In this document: positions 1 to 8,594 of the stretch, piece by piece
Layout: each line of letters begins with the position of its first letter
How positions within the stretch are numbered: the first letter of the stretch is position 1
Notes under the pieces: generated by a model
Databases searched by the model: none
Told to the model about the DNA's origin: nothing
The model's input: the letters and a program-made list of their open reading frames with translations, nothing else
Translations under genes and position numbers: made by a program
UHGV virus genome: UHGV-0206534
Strand: one strand, 5' to 3'
Length of the DNA: 47,037 nt
DNA from: a virus

Positions 1-41
1 TTGCATTTTTTTTACGACTTAAGTGATGCGAGTGTTAAATT

Positions 42-1697
42 TCATTTCAGACCTCTCATAAATTTCATCCTGTTAACGGCTGCTGAGAGTATGTTTCTCA
101 CCGAGGCATTCATTCGCAAACCAGACCAGGACCCCTCATCCCTGAATACGATTTTTGACCCACCGTTAACAGCAGAAGCCTCAATGTCGATAGGTGAGTG
201 TCGGTTCTCTGTAATGGAAACCAGAACCTCAGAAATGAACCTGTCAGGCGTCACCTGTAGATGATTTGAATTTGCTGCCTTAATGATCGTCTCAACTCGT
301 CCACGGCACAACCCGCTTTTAAGTACAGAAGTGTAAGGCTTATTAATGAATTTTTTCCCGGCCATCACCTTCCTCATTTTGGCTATGATGTTTTCCCACT
401 CATCCTCTTCAAGGCCACTGAATGCAACGTCACCTTCTATATAATCACGAAGTGAGCGCAAGTGGTTTATCACTGTCATATAAGCCCATTCAAGATGCCT
501 GTCGCACAAAACTGGCGTCATCCCATTGCGACTCGAAAGGTCTGCAAATGCGCATATCGAGGCAAGGTCTACGATCATCTGCCCGGCACGTGGGACAACA
601 TCACCAATTACACCATCTACATTTCCAAGACATTTCTCAAGGTGGCACGTAAGCTCATAACGCCTGTCGTTTACCTTTTCGCTTTCAAATTCAACGCGGG
701 TTATTGAGCGCAGGATTCTTTGCTTCCATTCATTTACTATCCTCCTGTTTACCTCACCTGCCGGCTGCTCTCTTTTGAGCAACGGCATTTCCTCATCATC
801 GCCATGACCAAGAATGAACAACGTCCTTCCCATGCCACCATCCTTCTGCCATGACCTGACAGCATCAATGCCCTGAACTGGCGTTACAGTGATGAGCGGA
901 ATAAATCGCGCGTTCTCAATGCCTCCATCTCGCGTGCATAATTCATGCTCAGCCATCACTTTTTTCAGGTTTCTGCCCACACTGTGATCCATCCGCGCCA
1001 ATCTTTTATAATCAATCATCCCATCCTGCGCACCGCCAATACGCGGAACAATCCAGCCTTCCGCCATAGCAACACTAACTATCGTCTTGGGGTTCATGGC
1101 TTTAGCCATATTCTCCTCAATATCCCTGATTATTGTCCTTGTTGGCACCCATCCACCCTCATCAGATAATCCGCGATACCACGGAGCTGTTCCTCCAAGA
1201 TATGCGCTGCGCGGGTCGTTCCATGAGTCAATGTGCTGCTTGTCATCGTTTACCACGTAAAGCAGGGAGCCATCACCTTCAATCATGCTGGTCTGTATTT
1301 GCTTTAGTGATGTCGCAGTAGTAGTGCAGAGGCGGTCACTTATCATCAAGGCTTCGGCATATTGCTTTATGAAATTTACCGGAGCTTGCTTCCCAGCTCC
1401 AGACCGCGCCACGAGGAAAATGCCAGTTGAGCACTTACTCCCCGTTGGGCCAATGATAAATCTGCCCGCCATTATCTGAGCAAGACCAAGCGCGCCAACA
1501 AGTCGATATTTTTCGCCATCATCACGGCGCTCGAAGTTTTCTTCTATCTCCTGGATGAACTCACCAAGTGATCCTGGTGGAATCTTGTATTTCTCCCTGA
1601 ACTCAGGAATGTCAGCCTCATCGAGCGGGTCTGTTGATGAATCCGATTTCCCGACGGATTTTTTCATGGCTATAATTTCGTATGTATTCATCAGCAA
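42..1697 (-). CDS. Putative DNA replication protein (initiator/helicase-like, unclassified)
   Basis: 551-aa ORF with a degenerate P-loop-like segment (SGAGKQ). Its 5' end abuts the iteron-like origin region. Translationally coupled to the upstream small ORF. Confidence 0.4.
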   Translation of the reverse strand: MLMNTYEIIAMKKSVGKSDSSTDPLDEADIPEFREKYKIPPGSLGEFIQEIEENFERRDDGEKYRLVGALGLAQIMAGRFIIGPTGSKCSTGIFLVARSGAGKQAPVNFIKQYAEALMISDRLCTTTATSLKQIQTSMIEGDGSLLYVVNDDKQHIDSWNDPRSAYLGGTAPWYRGLSDEGGWVPTRTIIRDIEENMAKAMNPKTIVSVAMAEGWIVPRIGGAQDGMIDYKRLARMDHSVGRNLKKVMAEHELCTRDGGIENARFIPLITVTPVQGIDAVRSWQKDGGMGRTLFILGHGDDEEMPLLKREQPAGEVNRRIVNEWKQRILRSITRVEFESEKVNDRRYELTCHLEKCLGNVDGVIGDVVPRAGQMIVDLASICAFADLSSRNGMTPVLCDRHLEWAYMTVINHLRSLRDYIEGDVAFSGLEEDEWENIIAKMRKVMAGKKFINKPYTSVLKSGLCRGRVETIIKAANSNHLQVTPDRFISEVLVSITENRHSPIDIEASAVNGGSKIVFRDEGSWSGLRMNASVRNILSAAVNRMKFMRGLK

Positions 1698-1972
1698 ACC
1701 TTCCAGATGTACAGGAATTTACCCATCGGGCCGTTTTTGGTCTTGATGTTCATGTTATGCGCAATGGCAATCTTTGCAGCATAAGATCGGAACATGTTTC
1801 TGTTCATTCTGTACTCTGGCGGGATATCAGATACGCCGCACTCCTCTTTGTAACCCCTGACTACTGAATCTGATAAATCATTTTCGAAATGGACGGATAT
1901 CACCTCCCCGCTATTCATGGTGGCAAGGTGGTCATAAACGAACTTCATCTTTGAGCCTTCTGCGTGCATCAC
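1691..1972 (-). CDS. Hypothetical protein (93 aa)
   Basis: RBS GGAGGAAG precedes the ATG. Stop overlaps the start of the downstream replication gene. Confidence 0.5.
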   Translation of the reverse strand: MMHAEGSKMKFVYDHLATMNSGEVISVHFENDLSDSVVRGYKEECGVSDIPPEYRMNRNMFRSYAAKIAIAHNMNIKTKNGPMGKFLYIWKVC

Positions 1973-2084
1973 TTCCTCCTTCTTGCGTTGTGCAAATTGT
2001 ACTGAACAATCTGCACTCGCGCAAACCCTTTAATCAACATAAACCCCCGGCATCGACGCAATATGTGCAATGGTCACTTTTTAA

Positions 2085-2355
2085 CCAGTTCCCAATAGTT
2101 CCCGCGCATTTGGGAACTCGCAGGCCGCTCACAACAAGGCTTGCAGAGGAGTTCCCGAGTTCCCGGGGAATTCCTCTAGTAAAAAAGTAATATATACATT
2201 TAATATATGTTGTTGTTTTTATTAGTAAAAATGGAATTTCTAATTTTTTGGAAAATTCATTTCTAAGGGGAAAGCTGGGAACTCGGGAACTCGTTGATAT
2301 ATAACAATAAATTCTGGGAACTAGTCCGGGAACGGCTGGGAATTGCGGGAACACT
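2085..2355. repeat. Iteron-like region: about 11 copies of GGGAAC/GTTCCC flanking a ~110 bp AT-rich core; putative origin of replication
   Basis: GTTCCC at 2088, 2098, 2151 and 2159. GGGAAC at 2112, 2277, 2285, 2316, 2328 and 2347, plus GGGAAT at 2338. GAGTTCCCGAGTTCCC (2148-2164) is the exact reverse complement of GGGAACTCGGGAACTC (2277-2292). The AT-rich block spans 2175-2265. Confidence 0.5.
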
Positions 2356-2394
2356 GAATGAATGTACAGTATTATATTTATTTTCACCATCATA

Positions 2395-2423
2395 TTGACG
2401 TAGATTGAGCGCCATCGTATAGT
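2395..2423 (+). promoter_or_regulatory. Sigma70-like promoter built on the conserved element: TTGACG-TAGATTGAG, 17-bp spacer, TATAGT
   Basis: -35 TTGACG at 2395-2400 and -10 TATAGT at 2418-2423, spacer 17 bp, upstream of the rightward early operon. Confidence 0.55.
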
Positions 2424-2453
2424 TACCACACCAACAAAAAAGAGGTGATGAAG

Positions 2454-2561
2454 ATGAGCAAGAAAACACAATATTCAGTAAGCAACTACTATAACGAGCG
2501 CGTCATGCGCTGGCACTGGCAGAAACTCAAAGCGCGCTACCTTGCACGGCAGGGCAAATAA
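2454..2561 (+). CDS. Small basic protein (35 aa)
   Basis: RBS AAGAGGTGATGAAG then ATG. Below the ORF-track length cutoff. Confidence 0.35.
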   Translation: MSKKTQYSVSNYYNERVMRWHWQKLKARYLARQGK

Positions 2562-2607
2562 ATAACATAGCGCCACTTCGGTGGCGCATAATCAGAGGTG
2601 ATAGAGA

Positions 2608-2724
2608 ATGGAAAACGAAAACAGCAATAACGTCGAGCATAAGAAAGAGGTCGTATTCGATGGCTACGTGGTGGATGAGCATGGCGAGGAGCTTGCTCAG
2701 TTCACTGGCGATTTTGGTTTTTGA
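2608..2724 (+). CDS. Small acidic protein (38 aa)
   Basis: RBS GAGGTGATAGAGA then ATG. Confidence 0.35.
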   Translation: MENENSNNVEHKKEVVFDGYVVDEHGEELAQFTGDFGF

Positions 2725-2737
2725 CAGGGGAGCAGAA

Positions 2738-2923
2738 ATGACCAAGGCAATCTACACGCGCACTCAACTGGAACCAGAAATGGGCGCAGTGAAAGCGCAA
2801 AACTTTATGATGGCGCAGGCAATGCATGCATACAGCAACGGCAAGCGCGTCTGTCGCGTTTTTAGTGGCGAAGGCAAGCACAGAGCACTCGAACAAGTCA
2901 TTGTGTCATCTGGTGGAAACTAA
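2738..2923 (+). CDS. Hypothetical protein (61 aa)
   Basis: Internal ATG with RBS GGGGAGCAGAA, within the 2660-2923 ORF. Confidence 0.4.
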   Translation: MTKAIYTRTQLEPEMGAVKAQNFMMAQAMHAYSNGKRVCRVFSGEGKHRALEQVIVSSGGN

Positions 2924-2938
2924 ACCGGTTTAGCAACG

Positions 2939-3217
2939 ATGAATAAATTACTGGCAGTGGTTTTACTGGTTATCGCTAACGCGGCAAGCGCTGAGACTAT
3001 ATGGGTCACAAAGTACGCGCTGACCCGTGGCATTCAGAAGTACGAAAGCGCACAGCTGTTTGCCGATGGTCAGGTGGCTGTGGTTGGCGATGTTTACTTT
3101 AAACGTGGTGAGTACTGGCTTGATGAGCAACAGGCAAAAGAGCATGCGGAGACTTTGCGGCAACGCCGTGTATCTGCACTGATGCGTGAGCTTGAGCGTT
3201 TGCAAGCGGTTAAGTGA
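2939..3217 (+). CDS. Small secreted protein (92 aa, N-terminal signal peptide)
   Basis: MNKLLAVVLLVIANAASA signal-like N-terminus. Confidence 0.45.
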   Translation: MNKLLAVVLLVIANAASAETIWVTKYALTRGIQKYESAQLFADGQVAVVGDVYFKRGEYWLDEQQAKEHAETLRQRRVSALMRELERLQAVK

Positions 3218-3223
3218 GGATTT

Positions 3224-3628
3224 ATGGATATCGAAATTAACGAAGTTCAGGAAATTATTAAAAACCTTGAGGGCGGCGGTGAATTCTCAATCAAAGAAGA
3301 AAAATACCTCAGGGTTGCAAGGATGTGCGTGCAGCTGGCTGCGGAGAATATGGCGCTGAAATTGGCAATACCTCAGCCGAGAAATGTTGAATTCGATAAC
3401 GACAGCATGGATGACGTATCGCTGGCTGAAGATGTTGGATTTAACGACGCAATTGGCCAGATTAAAATCAACATTAGTAAAACCCCCACCACCGATCGCA
3501 TCGTGGCCGGGATTAAGGCTGATGGGGTGGAGGAGTTTGCTGCGCATCTTGTGTCAATGGAATGTCATCTAGAGGCTAAATGGGCGAAGTCTTTCGTTTT
3601 GGAGGTGTTAAATGTCAAAGGTCGCTGA
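3224..3628 (+). CDS. Hypothetical protein (134 aa)
   Basis: RBS AGTGAGGA. Compact operon. Confidence 0.5.
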   Translation: MDIEINEVQEIIKNLEGGGEFSIKEEKYLRVARMCVQLAAENMALKLAIPQPRNVEFDNDSMDDVSLAEDVGFNDAIGQIKINISKTPTTDRIVAGIKADGVEEFAAHLVSMECHLEAKWAKSFVLEVLNVKGR

Positions 3629-3806
3629 TTTTGTGAAACGCATGGAGAAGCAAGGGCGCCAGTTTGAAGTTAACGGTAACTTTGTTGTTATCTCGCCGAC
3701 AAATGGACTTGCAATGTCCGACCTGATTGAGATGCAAAACCTAAATAAAAAAGGCGAACTTGCGGATTATATTTCCAAGCAGCTGCGCGAGGGAGCCGAC
3801 AAATGA
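3612..3806 (+). CDS. Hypothetical protein (64 aa)
   Basis: RBS GGAGGTG. Overlaps neighbouring genes. Confidence 0.45.
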   Translation: MSKVADFVKRMEKQGRQFEVNGNFVVISPTNGLAMSDLIEMQNLNKKGELADYISKQLREGADK

Positions 3807-4207
3807 GCAACTTTGATACTTCATCGCAAGTTAAGGCTCGCAAGTTACATCGTTGCTGTGAATGTTACGGCGCTATAAATCCAGGCGATACCTACGAGAA
3901 AGTTTTTGTCGTCGAGGATGGCGATGCCAGAAACTTCAAGACATGCCAGAAATGCACAGAAGCGCGTGACTGGCTGCTTAACGAAACTGATTGGCCTGAC
4001 GATATCGACGGCGAAGGGCATTCGTATTTCTTCACGATGCTGCGTGACCACCTCCGTGAGCAAGGCCGTGAAGGCTACCGCAAATACGCATTTCGCGCAT
4101 ATCGGATTGTCGTCCTGATGGATAAGCGCCGCATGGCTTATGCCAACGCATACAACGCGGAGACCGTGAAAATCCGCGATTCTCTTGCGCAAGGAGTCTC
4201 AGCATGA
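3803..4207 (+). CDS. Hypothetical Cys-rich (putative zinc-binding) protein (134 aa)
   Basis: CCECYG...CQKCTE motif pairs. ATGA overlap with the upstream gene. Confidence 0.5.
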   Translation: MSNFDTSSQVKARKLHRCCECYGAINPGDTYEKVFVVEDGDARNFKTCQKCTEARDWLLNETDWPDDIDGEGHSYFFTMLRDHLREQGREGYRKYAFRAYRIVVLMDKRRMAYANAYNAETVKIRDSLAQGVSA

Positions 4208-4608
4208 ATGATATCACCAAACTGGCGCAGAGCCTGAAAGCGGCAGCTGAAAAGGCAGGCGCTGATTCATGGCAAGCGAAGAAGATTAGCGGTGACTTTT
4301 ACGTCATTCGCAAAGGTAGTTACAAACTAGAATGCGGCTACACAACATATCAACCCATTGCCGAAATAGACCATAAACCCACGAGGGATTATGTCGCCAT
4401 GGCTAACCCTACCAACACCTTAGCACTGGTAGAGGCGCTGGAGAAGGCGCAGCAACGGATTGCCGAACTGGAGTCCCGCACCGTGAAGATGCCGCATCGA
4501 AATCTGGGGCACCATAAATTATTCCTTCTTTGCCCGTTCCCTTACTACGACGCAGAGGATATGGAGAAGGCTCTGGCCGCCGCTGGCATCAAGGTGGAGG
4601 CTGAGTGA
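4204..4608 (+). CDS. Ead/Ea22-like protein
   Basis: N-terminal KAAAEKAG...W and LALVEALEKAQQRIAELE are typical of lambdoid Ea22/Ead-family proteins. Confidence 0.5.
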   Translation: MNDITKLAQSLKAAAEKAGADSWQAKKISGDFYVIRKGSYKLECGYTTYQPIAEIDHKPTRDYVAMANPTNTLALVEALEKAQQRIAELESRTVKMPHRNLGHHKLFLLCPFPYYDAEDMEKALAAAGIKVEAE

Positions 4609-4784
4609 TGGCGGAACGTTGGAAAATTTATCTCACTATTGCATTCATCGGCTTGGGAGCTACGCCGATAAGTATGGTAGCGGCAAAGATTGACGTTCCT
4701 AATTGGTCGCTTATTGCCGGGCACTGCGGCGCGATTATAGCAAGATTTATTTGCGCAGAACTTGGACGGGGAGCCAACCAATGA
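4608..4784 (+). CDS. Small membrane protein (58 aa)
   Basis: ATGA start/stop overlap on both sides. One hydrophobic helix. Confidence 0.35.
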   Translation: MAERWKIYLTIAFIGLGATPISMVAAKIDVPNWSLIAGHCGAIIARFICAELGRGANQ

Positions 4785-5401
4785 CCAGCAAATTAACCAG
4801 AGAGCGTATTCAGCGAATTATCCGAGCCATTGATAGCGAAGCTTATGACGAGGAAGAAATAAGAGAGTGGTTAAGTTCTGATGAAATCATGGAGCTTTCC
4901 CGCATGGCGCTGGCCGCAATGGACAGCGAGCCGGTTGAACTGCCTCTTGACTACCTGCAGGGACACAAAGACGGTCTGGAGTGGGCCTCCCAACTGGCAG
5001 AAGCCAATCACCCTGAGACCGGAGACTGGCTTTACGATGACCCTATCGAGCTGGCAAAAGCTATTCGCAAAGGTCCAGATATGCCGCCAGTGCAGCCGTT
5101 AGCGGACAGCGAGCCGGATCGCAATCCTGTGCTGGCGTATGCCGACAGTTATCGTGATATGGCGAAACAAGGCGTCGAGTCAGTCCCAATATGGAGCGTC
5201 ATTACCGACATAGAGCGAAACATAGCGCCGCTATATCGCCACGCGCAGCCAGTGCCGGTAGTGCCGGATGAACTCAACACAAGAACAGCGAACGATGTCA
5301 TAAATGAGCATTTGAGCTGGAAAGACTATGGTGACGCAGAAGTGTTTTGTATCGCCTGGAACGCTTGCCGCGCCGCCATGCTCAACGGAGGTAAGCCATG
5401 A
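4781..5401 (+). CDS. Hypothetical acidic protein (206 aa)
   Basis: RBS GGGGAGCC before an internal ATG of the 4703-5401 ORF. Confidence 0.5.
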   Translation: MTSKLTRERIQRIIRAIDSEAYDEEEIREWLSSDEIMELSRMALAAMDSEPVELPLDYLQGHKDGLEWASQLAEANHPETGDWLYDDPIELAKAIRKGPDMPPVQPLADSEPDRNPVLAYADSYRDMAKQGVESVPIWSVITDIERNIAPLYRHAQPVPVVPDELNTRTANDVINEHLSWKDYGDAEVFCIAWNACRAAMLNGGKP

Positions 5402-5490
5402 AGACCTACATCATCCGCAGGCTTGTTGCTGTAGCCTGCGTTGCATTCTGGATTGCTGCTGCATTAGCCGTATACTTTATCGTGAGGTGA
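5398..5490 (+). CDS. Tiny membrane peptide (30 aa)
   Basis: ATGA overlap with the upstream gene. Single TM helix. Confidence 0.3.
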   Translation: MKTYIIRRLVAVACVAFWIAAALAVYFIVR

Positions 5491-5493
5491 TTT

Positions 5494-5652
5494 ATGCTGT
5501 GGAGCGACATTCAGGCGGCATGCGAAGAGGCCGACTTTCTTTATGAGGAGACTGGTAAGCATCATGCCGTCATTCAGGTTGGCAGTATGATGATGGTGGT
5601 TGAGCATAACAGCATGCTTAGGCATATGTACTCAACGACGAGGTATCAGTAA
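5494..5652 (+). CDS. Hypothetical small protein (52 aa)
   Basis: Tightly packed between neighbours. Stop overlaps the next ATG. Confidence 0.3.
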   Translation: MLWSDIQAACEEADFLYEETGKHHAVIQVGSMMMVVEHNSMLRHMYSTTRYQ

Positions 5653-5789
5653 TGCCGCAAAAATCAAAGCAGGAGGTGTGGCAGGCGGCGAAAATTGAAG
5701 GAGTCGACCACTTCATAGCCGCAATCGCAAAAGCCTTCCCTGATGCGATTGAGGTAGTTCACGTTCAAAGCAATAACTGTAATGTTTAG
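5652..5789 (+). CDS. Hypothetical small protein (45 aa)
   Basis: RBS-like AGGTATCAGTA before the ATG. Followed by a terminator. Confidence 0.3.
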   Translation: MPQKSKQEVWQAAKIEGVDHFIAAIAKAFPDAIEVVHVQSNNCNV

Positions 5790-5844
5790 TGTTATGCGAA
5801 AACTGATGTACAATCACCTCATCAATCATCACCCACCAACCTTT

Positions 5845-5870
5845 AACCCGCTTCGGCGGGTTCTTTTTTT
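5845..5870 (+). terminator. Rho-independent terminator
   Basis: AACCCGCTTCGGCGGGTT followed by a T-run. Confidence 0.7.
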
Positions 5871-5882
5871 ATCTACGCCATG
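5871..5882 (+). promoter_or_regulatory. Variant conserved element ATCTACGCCATG upstream of the packaging operon
   Basis: The same 11-mer, TCTACGCCATG, recurs at 8262-8274. Confidence 0.35.
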
Positions 5883-5927
5883 TGGTAAGATATGTCCTAT
5901 GTGAGTTACTCAAAGGACACATAGAAT

Positions 5928-6362
5928 ATGGCGAATCCAAACCCAAAACATAAGTTTTCTTCTGATAATCAGCCGCCACCCAGAGGAAAAAGCTACAGGA
6001 CTGTGCTTTTGGAAGCATTACGTGCTGCAAATAATCCAATGAATGAGATTGAGTTCGTCACTTATTACATTAACCAGGCGATGAACGACGGCGATGCTGG
6101 CATGCTGCGTGAGATATTCCTGCGCCTTAATCCTATACCGAAACCAGTTGCCCCGCCGATTGAGTTCGATTTCCCGGCGGATGGTACGCACGTTCAGAAG
6201 ATGGATGCGATTATTAAGGGCGTCTCTACTGGCGTTGTTCCAGCCGATATTGGCAAGATGATGGCAGATATTCTGAAAGCCGGGCTTGATATCGAAGAGG
6301 TAACAGAGCTTGCGGCGCGCCTTGAGCGACTGGAGAAGCTACTGGAGGCTCAGAATGGATAA
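5928..6362 (+). CDS. terS: Putative terminase small subunit
   Basis: 144-aa protein immediately upstream of the terminase large subunit, with a coiled C-terminus. Confidence 0.45.
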   Translation: MANPNPKHKFSSDNQPPPRGKSYRTVLLEALRAANNPMNEIEFVTYYINQAMNDGDAGMLREIFLRLNPIPKPVAPPIEFDFPADGTHVQKMDAIIKGVSTGVVPADIGKMMADILKAGLDIEEVTELAARLERLEKLLEAQNG

Positions 6363-6510
6363 GTTGATTATGTTTTGCTTTGTGTTGTGTTTTTTGATGG
6401 CGGTAATCGGTGGCATAGTGTTTAACGACTTTGGTCTAAGCATATTCGGGATGATGTTCTGGTGCATTGGATGGGTGATACACCTGAATCGAGGCGCGAA
6501 TGGCTCGTAA
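6355..6510 (+). CDS. Small membrane protein (51 aa)
   Basis: Two hydrophobic helices. Overlaps the TerS stop and the TerL start. Confidence 0.35.
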   Translation: MDKLIMFCFVLCFLMAVIGGIVFNDFGLSIFGMMFWCIGWVIHLNRGANGS

Positions 6511-7924
6511 ACGCCTCTCTGCACTGGCAATCGAAAAGCTGGAGGCGCAGGTGGATGATGCACTGACCGATGTTGCTGAGTCGGCCATCTTCGGCATCTG
6601 CGATATGCAGAAGAACGTCATCAAGCGCCTCAGGATGACAGCTACAGGCGTGGAGGATGTTACCCATGCAACGACGCAGGCCGACCATTTAATCCCCGCA
6701 AAACTCGAAAGGCTGCTTTATCCGAAGCGTAATAAGGTTGTCTTTGGTGGTCGTGCATCAACAAAGACCCGTACCGTGGCAACCATACTCACCGAGTCCG
6801 CGCGCTTCAGGCCGGAGCGTATTGGCTGCTTCCGCGAAATTCAGCAGTCTATCGAGGACTCCAGCTATCAGGAGCTGGTAGACGAAATCGACCGTAAAGG
6901 CGAATCATCGGAATATCGCTGCATCGACGGCAAGATAACCCACAAACGAACGAAATCAAAATTCAGGTTCCGTGGCCTTTATCGCAACATAACCGGCGTC
7001 AAGGGTTTTGCCGGGATATCGAAAGCATGGGTGGAGGAAGCTGAAAACGTCAGCCAGGCATCGTGGGACATCCTTGAACCGACTATCCGAGCAGAAGGCT
7101 CCGAGATATGGGTGACGTTTAACCCCAACAAAGAAACCGACGCCACGTGGACTCAGTGGGTGGCGCCATATTACGACAAAATGGTTGATGGCATCTATGA
7201 GGATGATGACACATTAATCATTGAGTGTAATTACCGCGATAATCCGTGGTTTTATGACACCCCGCTCCCGGCGTCCATGGAGAAGATGAAGGCGGTCGAC
7301 TTCGATCGCTATCTCTGGATTTGGGAGGGAAAATTTAATAAGCGCAGCGATGAGCAGGTCTTCGGCGGCAAATGGCGCACAGCATCGTTTGAGGTCAATC
7401 CTGAATGGCATGGCCCCTATCACGGCATGGACTTCGGCTTCTCTGGCGACCCTGCCGCAATGGTTGAGGTATGGGTGGAAAACCTGCCCGGCGACCGGCG
7501 CAACGTTTATATTAATCGCGAGTACGGCAAGGTTCACCTTGAGATTACCGACCACCCGGCAGCAATGGACCAGGCATTTCCGATGGCGCGCAAGGCAAGA
7601 TGGTATGCCGACTCATCAAGGCCGGAAACCATCAGCCACATCAAGCGCGCTGGATTTGATATTCATCCCTGCAACAAATGGCCTGGTAGTGTTGAGGATG
7701 GCGTGACGTGGCTCAGGGGTTGCGACAGCATCATCATTCACGACCGCTGCACTGAAATGAAGAACGAGGCTGCGATGTATAGCCACAAGGTCGACAAGAA
7801 CACCGGCCTTGTGCTTACTGAAATCGTTGATAAATACAACCACTATTGGGATGCTGTGCGCTATGCACTAAATGACTACATCGTACAGCGAGGCTCTGGA
7901 TGGATTAGGCGGAGCAGGAGATAA
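6500..7924 (+). CDS. terL: Terminase large subunit (PBSX/Terminase_3-like)
   Basis: GGRASTKTR Walker-A-like motif and a C-terminal nuclease-like region. 474 aa. Confidence 0.8.
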   Translation: MARKRLSALAIEKLEAQVDDALTDVAESAIFGICDMQKNVIKRLRMTATGVEDVTHATTQADHLIPAKLERLLYPKRNKVVFGGRASTKTRTVATILTESARFRPERIGCFREIQQSIEDSSYQELVDEIDRKGESSEYRCIDGKITHKRTKSKFRFRGLYRNITGVKGFAGISKAWVEEAENVSQASWDILEPTIRAEGSEIWVTFNPNKETDATWTQWVAPYYDKMVDGIYEDDDTLIIECNYRDNPWFYDTPLPASMEKMKAVDFDRYLWIWEGKFNKRSDEQVFGGKWRTASFEVNPEWHGPYHGMDFGFSGDPAAMVEVWVENLPGDRRNVYINREYGKVHLEITDHPAAMDQAFPMARKARWYADSSRPETISHIKRAGFDIHPCNKWPGSVEDGVTWLRGCDSIIIHDRCTEMKNEAAMYSHKVDKNTGLVLTEIVDKYNHYWDAVRYALNDYIVQRGSGWIRRSRR

Positions 7925-7929
7925 GATAA

Positions 7930-7946
7930 GACCCCGACAGGGGTCT
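7930..7946. terminator. Hairpin terminator between convergent genes
   Basis: GACCCCGACAGGGGTC followed by TATTT. Confidence 0.55.
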
Positions 7947-8235
7947 ATTTGTAAAGCCAGCAATGAATCCCCGCGTTGCGCATGGCGGCATAAATCACAT
8001 CATCAGACACGACCGCCATCGCCACCCTGTCAGCGTCAATCTGCTGGTGCGATGCCATGATGTCATCATAGAAAACATCGTTAGCATGCAGCCACTCATA
8101 CGCATGCTTTGCTCTCATGATAAGCACATCGTGACCGGCAGAGTAGAGTGACTTAGCCAGCGCAACGTTGCCAGCAATAGCATTTCCTTCCGCATCACGC
8201 AGCACACCATTAAGCTCGAAAATGACACATTTCAT
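7945..8235 (-). CDS. Hypothetical protein with HAD-like N-terminal motif (96 aa)
   Basis: MKCVIFELNGVL resembles the HAD motif I, DxDGVL. Confidence 0.45.
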   Translation of the reverse strand: MKCVIFELNGVLRDAEGNAIAGNVALAKSLYSAGHDVLIMRAKHAYEWLHANDVFYDDIMASHQQIDADRVAMAVVSDDVIYAAMRNAGIHCWLYK

Positions 8236-8261
8236 AAGATTTCTCCGATAGGTTTCATTTT

Positions 8262-8292
8262 AATCTACGCCATGCTAGAATCTACGTCAAGG
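8262..8292. promoter_or_regulatory. Divergent promoter region with two copies of the conserved element
   Basis: AATCTACGCCATG (8262-8274) and AATCTACGTCAAGG (8279-8292). On the minus strand TTGACG, a 17-bp spacer and TAGATT form a canonical promoter for gene 7945-8235. Confidence 0.55.
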
Positions 8293-8323
8293 CGCATTGG
8301 CATAACTACATCACCGGGGCATC

Positions 8324-8563
8324 ATGAAGGCATACTCATCTTTTTCGTGGGAGCAGAAGGAAAAAATATACTCACTCGCAAGAGCTGGCGTGTCTGATGA
8401 GACACTGTGCGAAAGGTACGATGTGGATGAGGCCATTCTGCTGCGCATGTATGATGAGGTGCTGTGTGAGTTGCAGCGGCGCCGTGGATACAGCGGGCTG
8501 AAGACGATTAACGATTTCTTTCGGAATGTTGAGTTAAATAACGATGAGGGTGGTGATTTATGA
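8324..8563 (+). CDS. Hypothetical small HTH-like protein (79 aa)
   Basis: Helix-turn-helix-like segment ARAGVSDETLCERYDVDEAIL. Confidence 0.4.
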   Translation: MKAYSSFSWEQKEKIYSLARAGVSDETLCERYDVDEAILLRMYDEVLCELQRRRGYSGLKTINDFFRNVELNNDEGGDL

Positions 8564-8594
8564 ATGGTATCTTGTTTATTATTGAGGTGATGAA

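Noticed and set aside
1-264. 87-aa plus-strand ORF at the window start
   Set aside because: Lies antisense within the 3' end of the 551-aa replication gene and has no RBS, so it is likely spurious.
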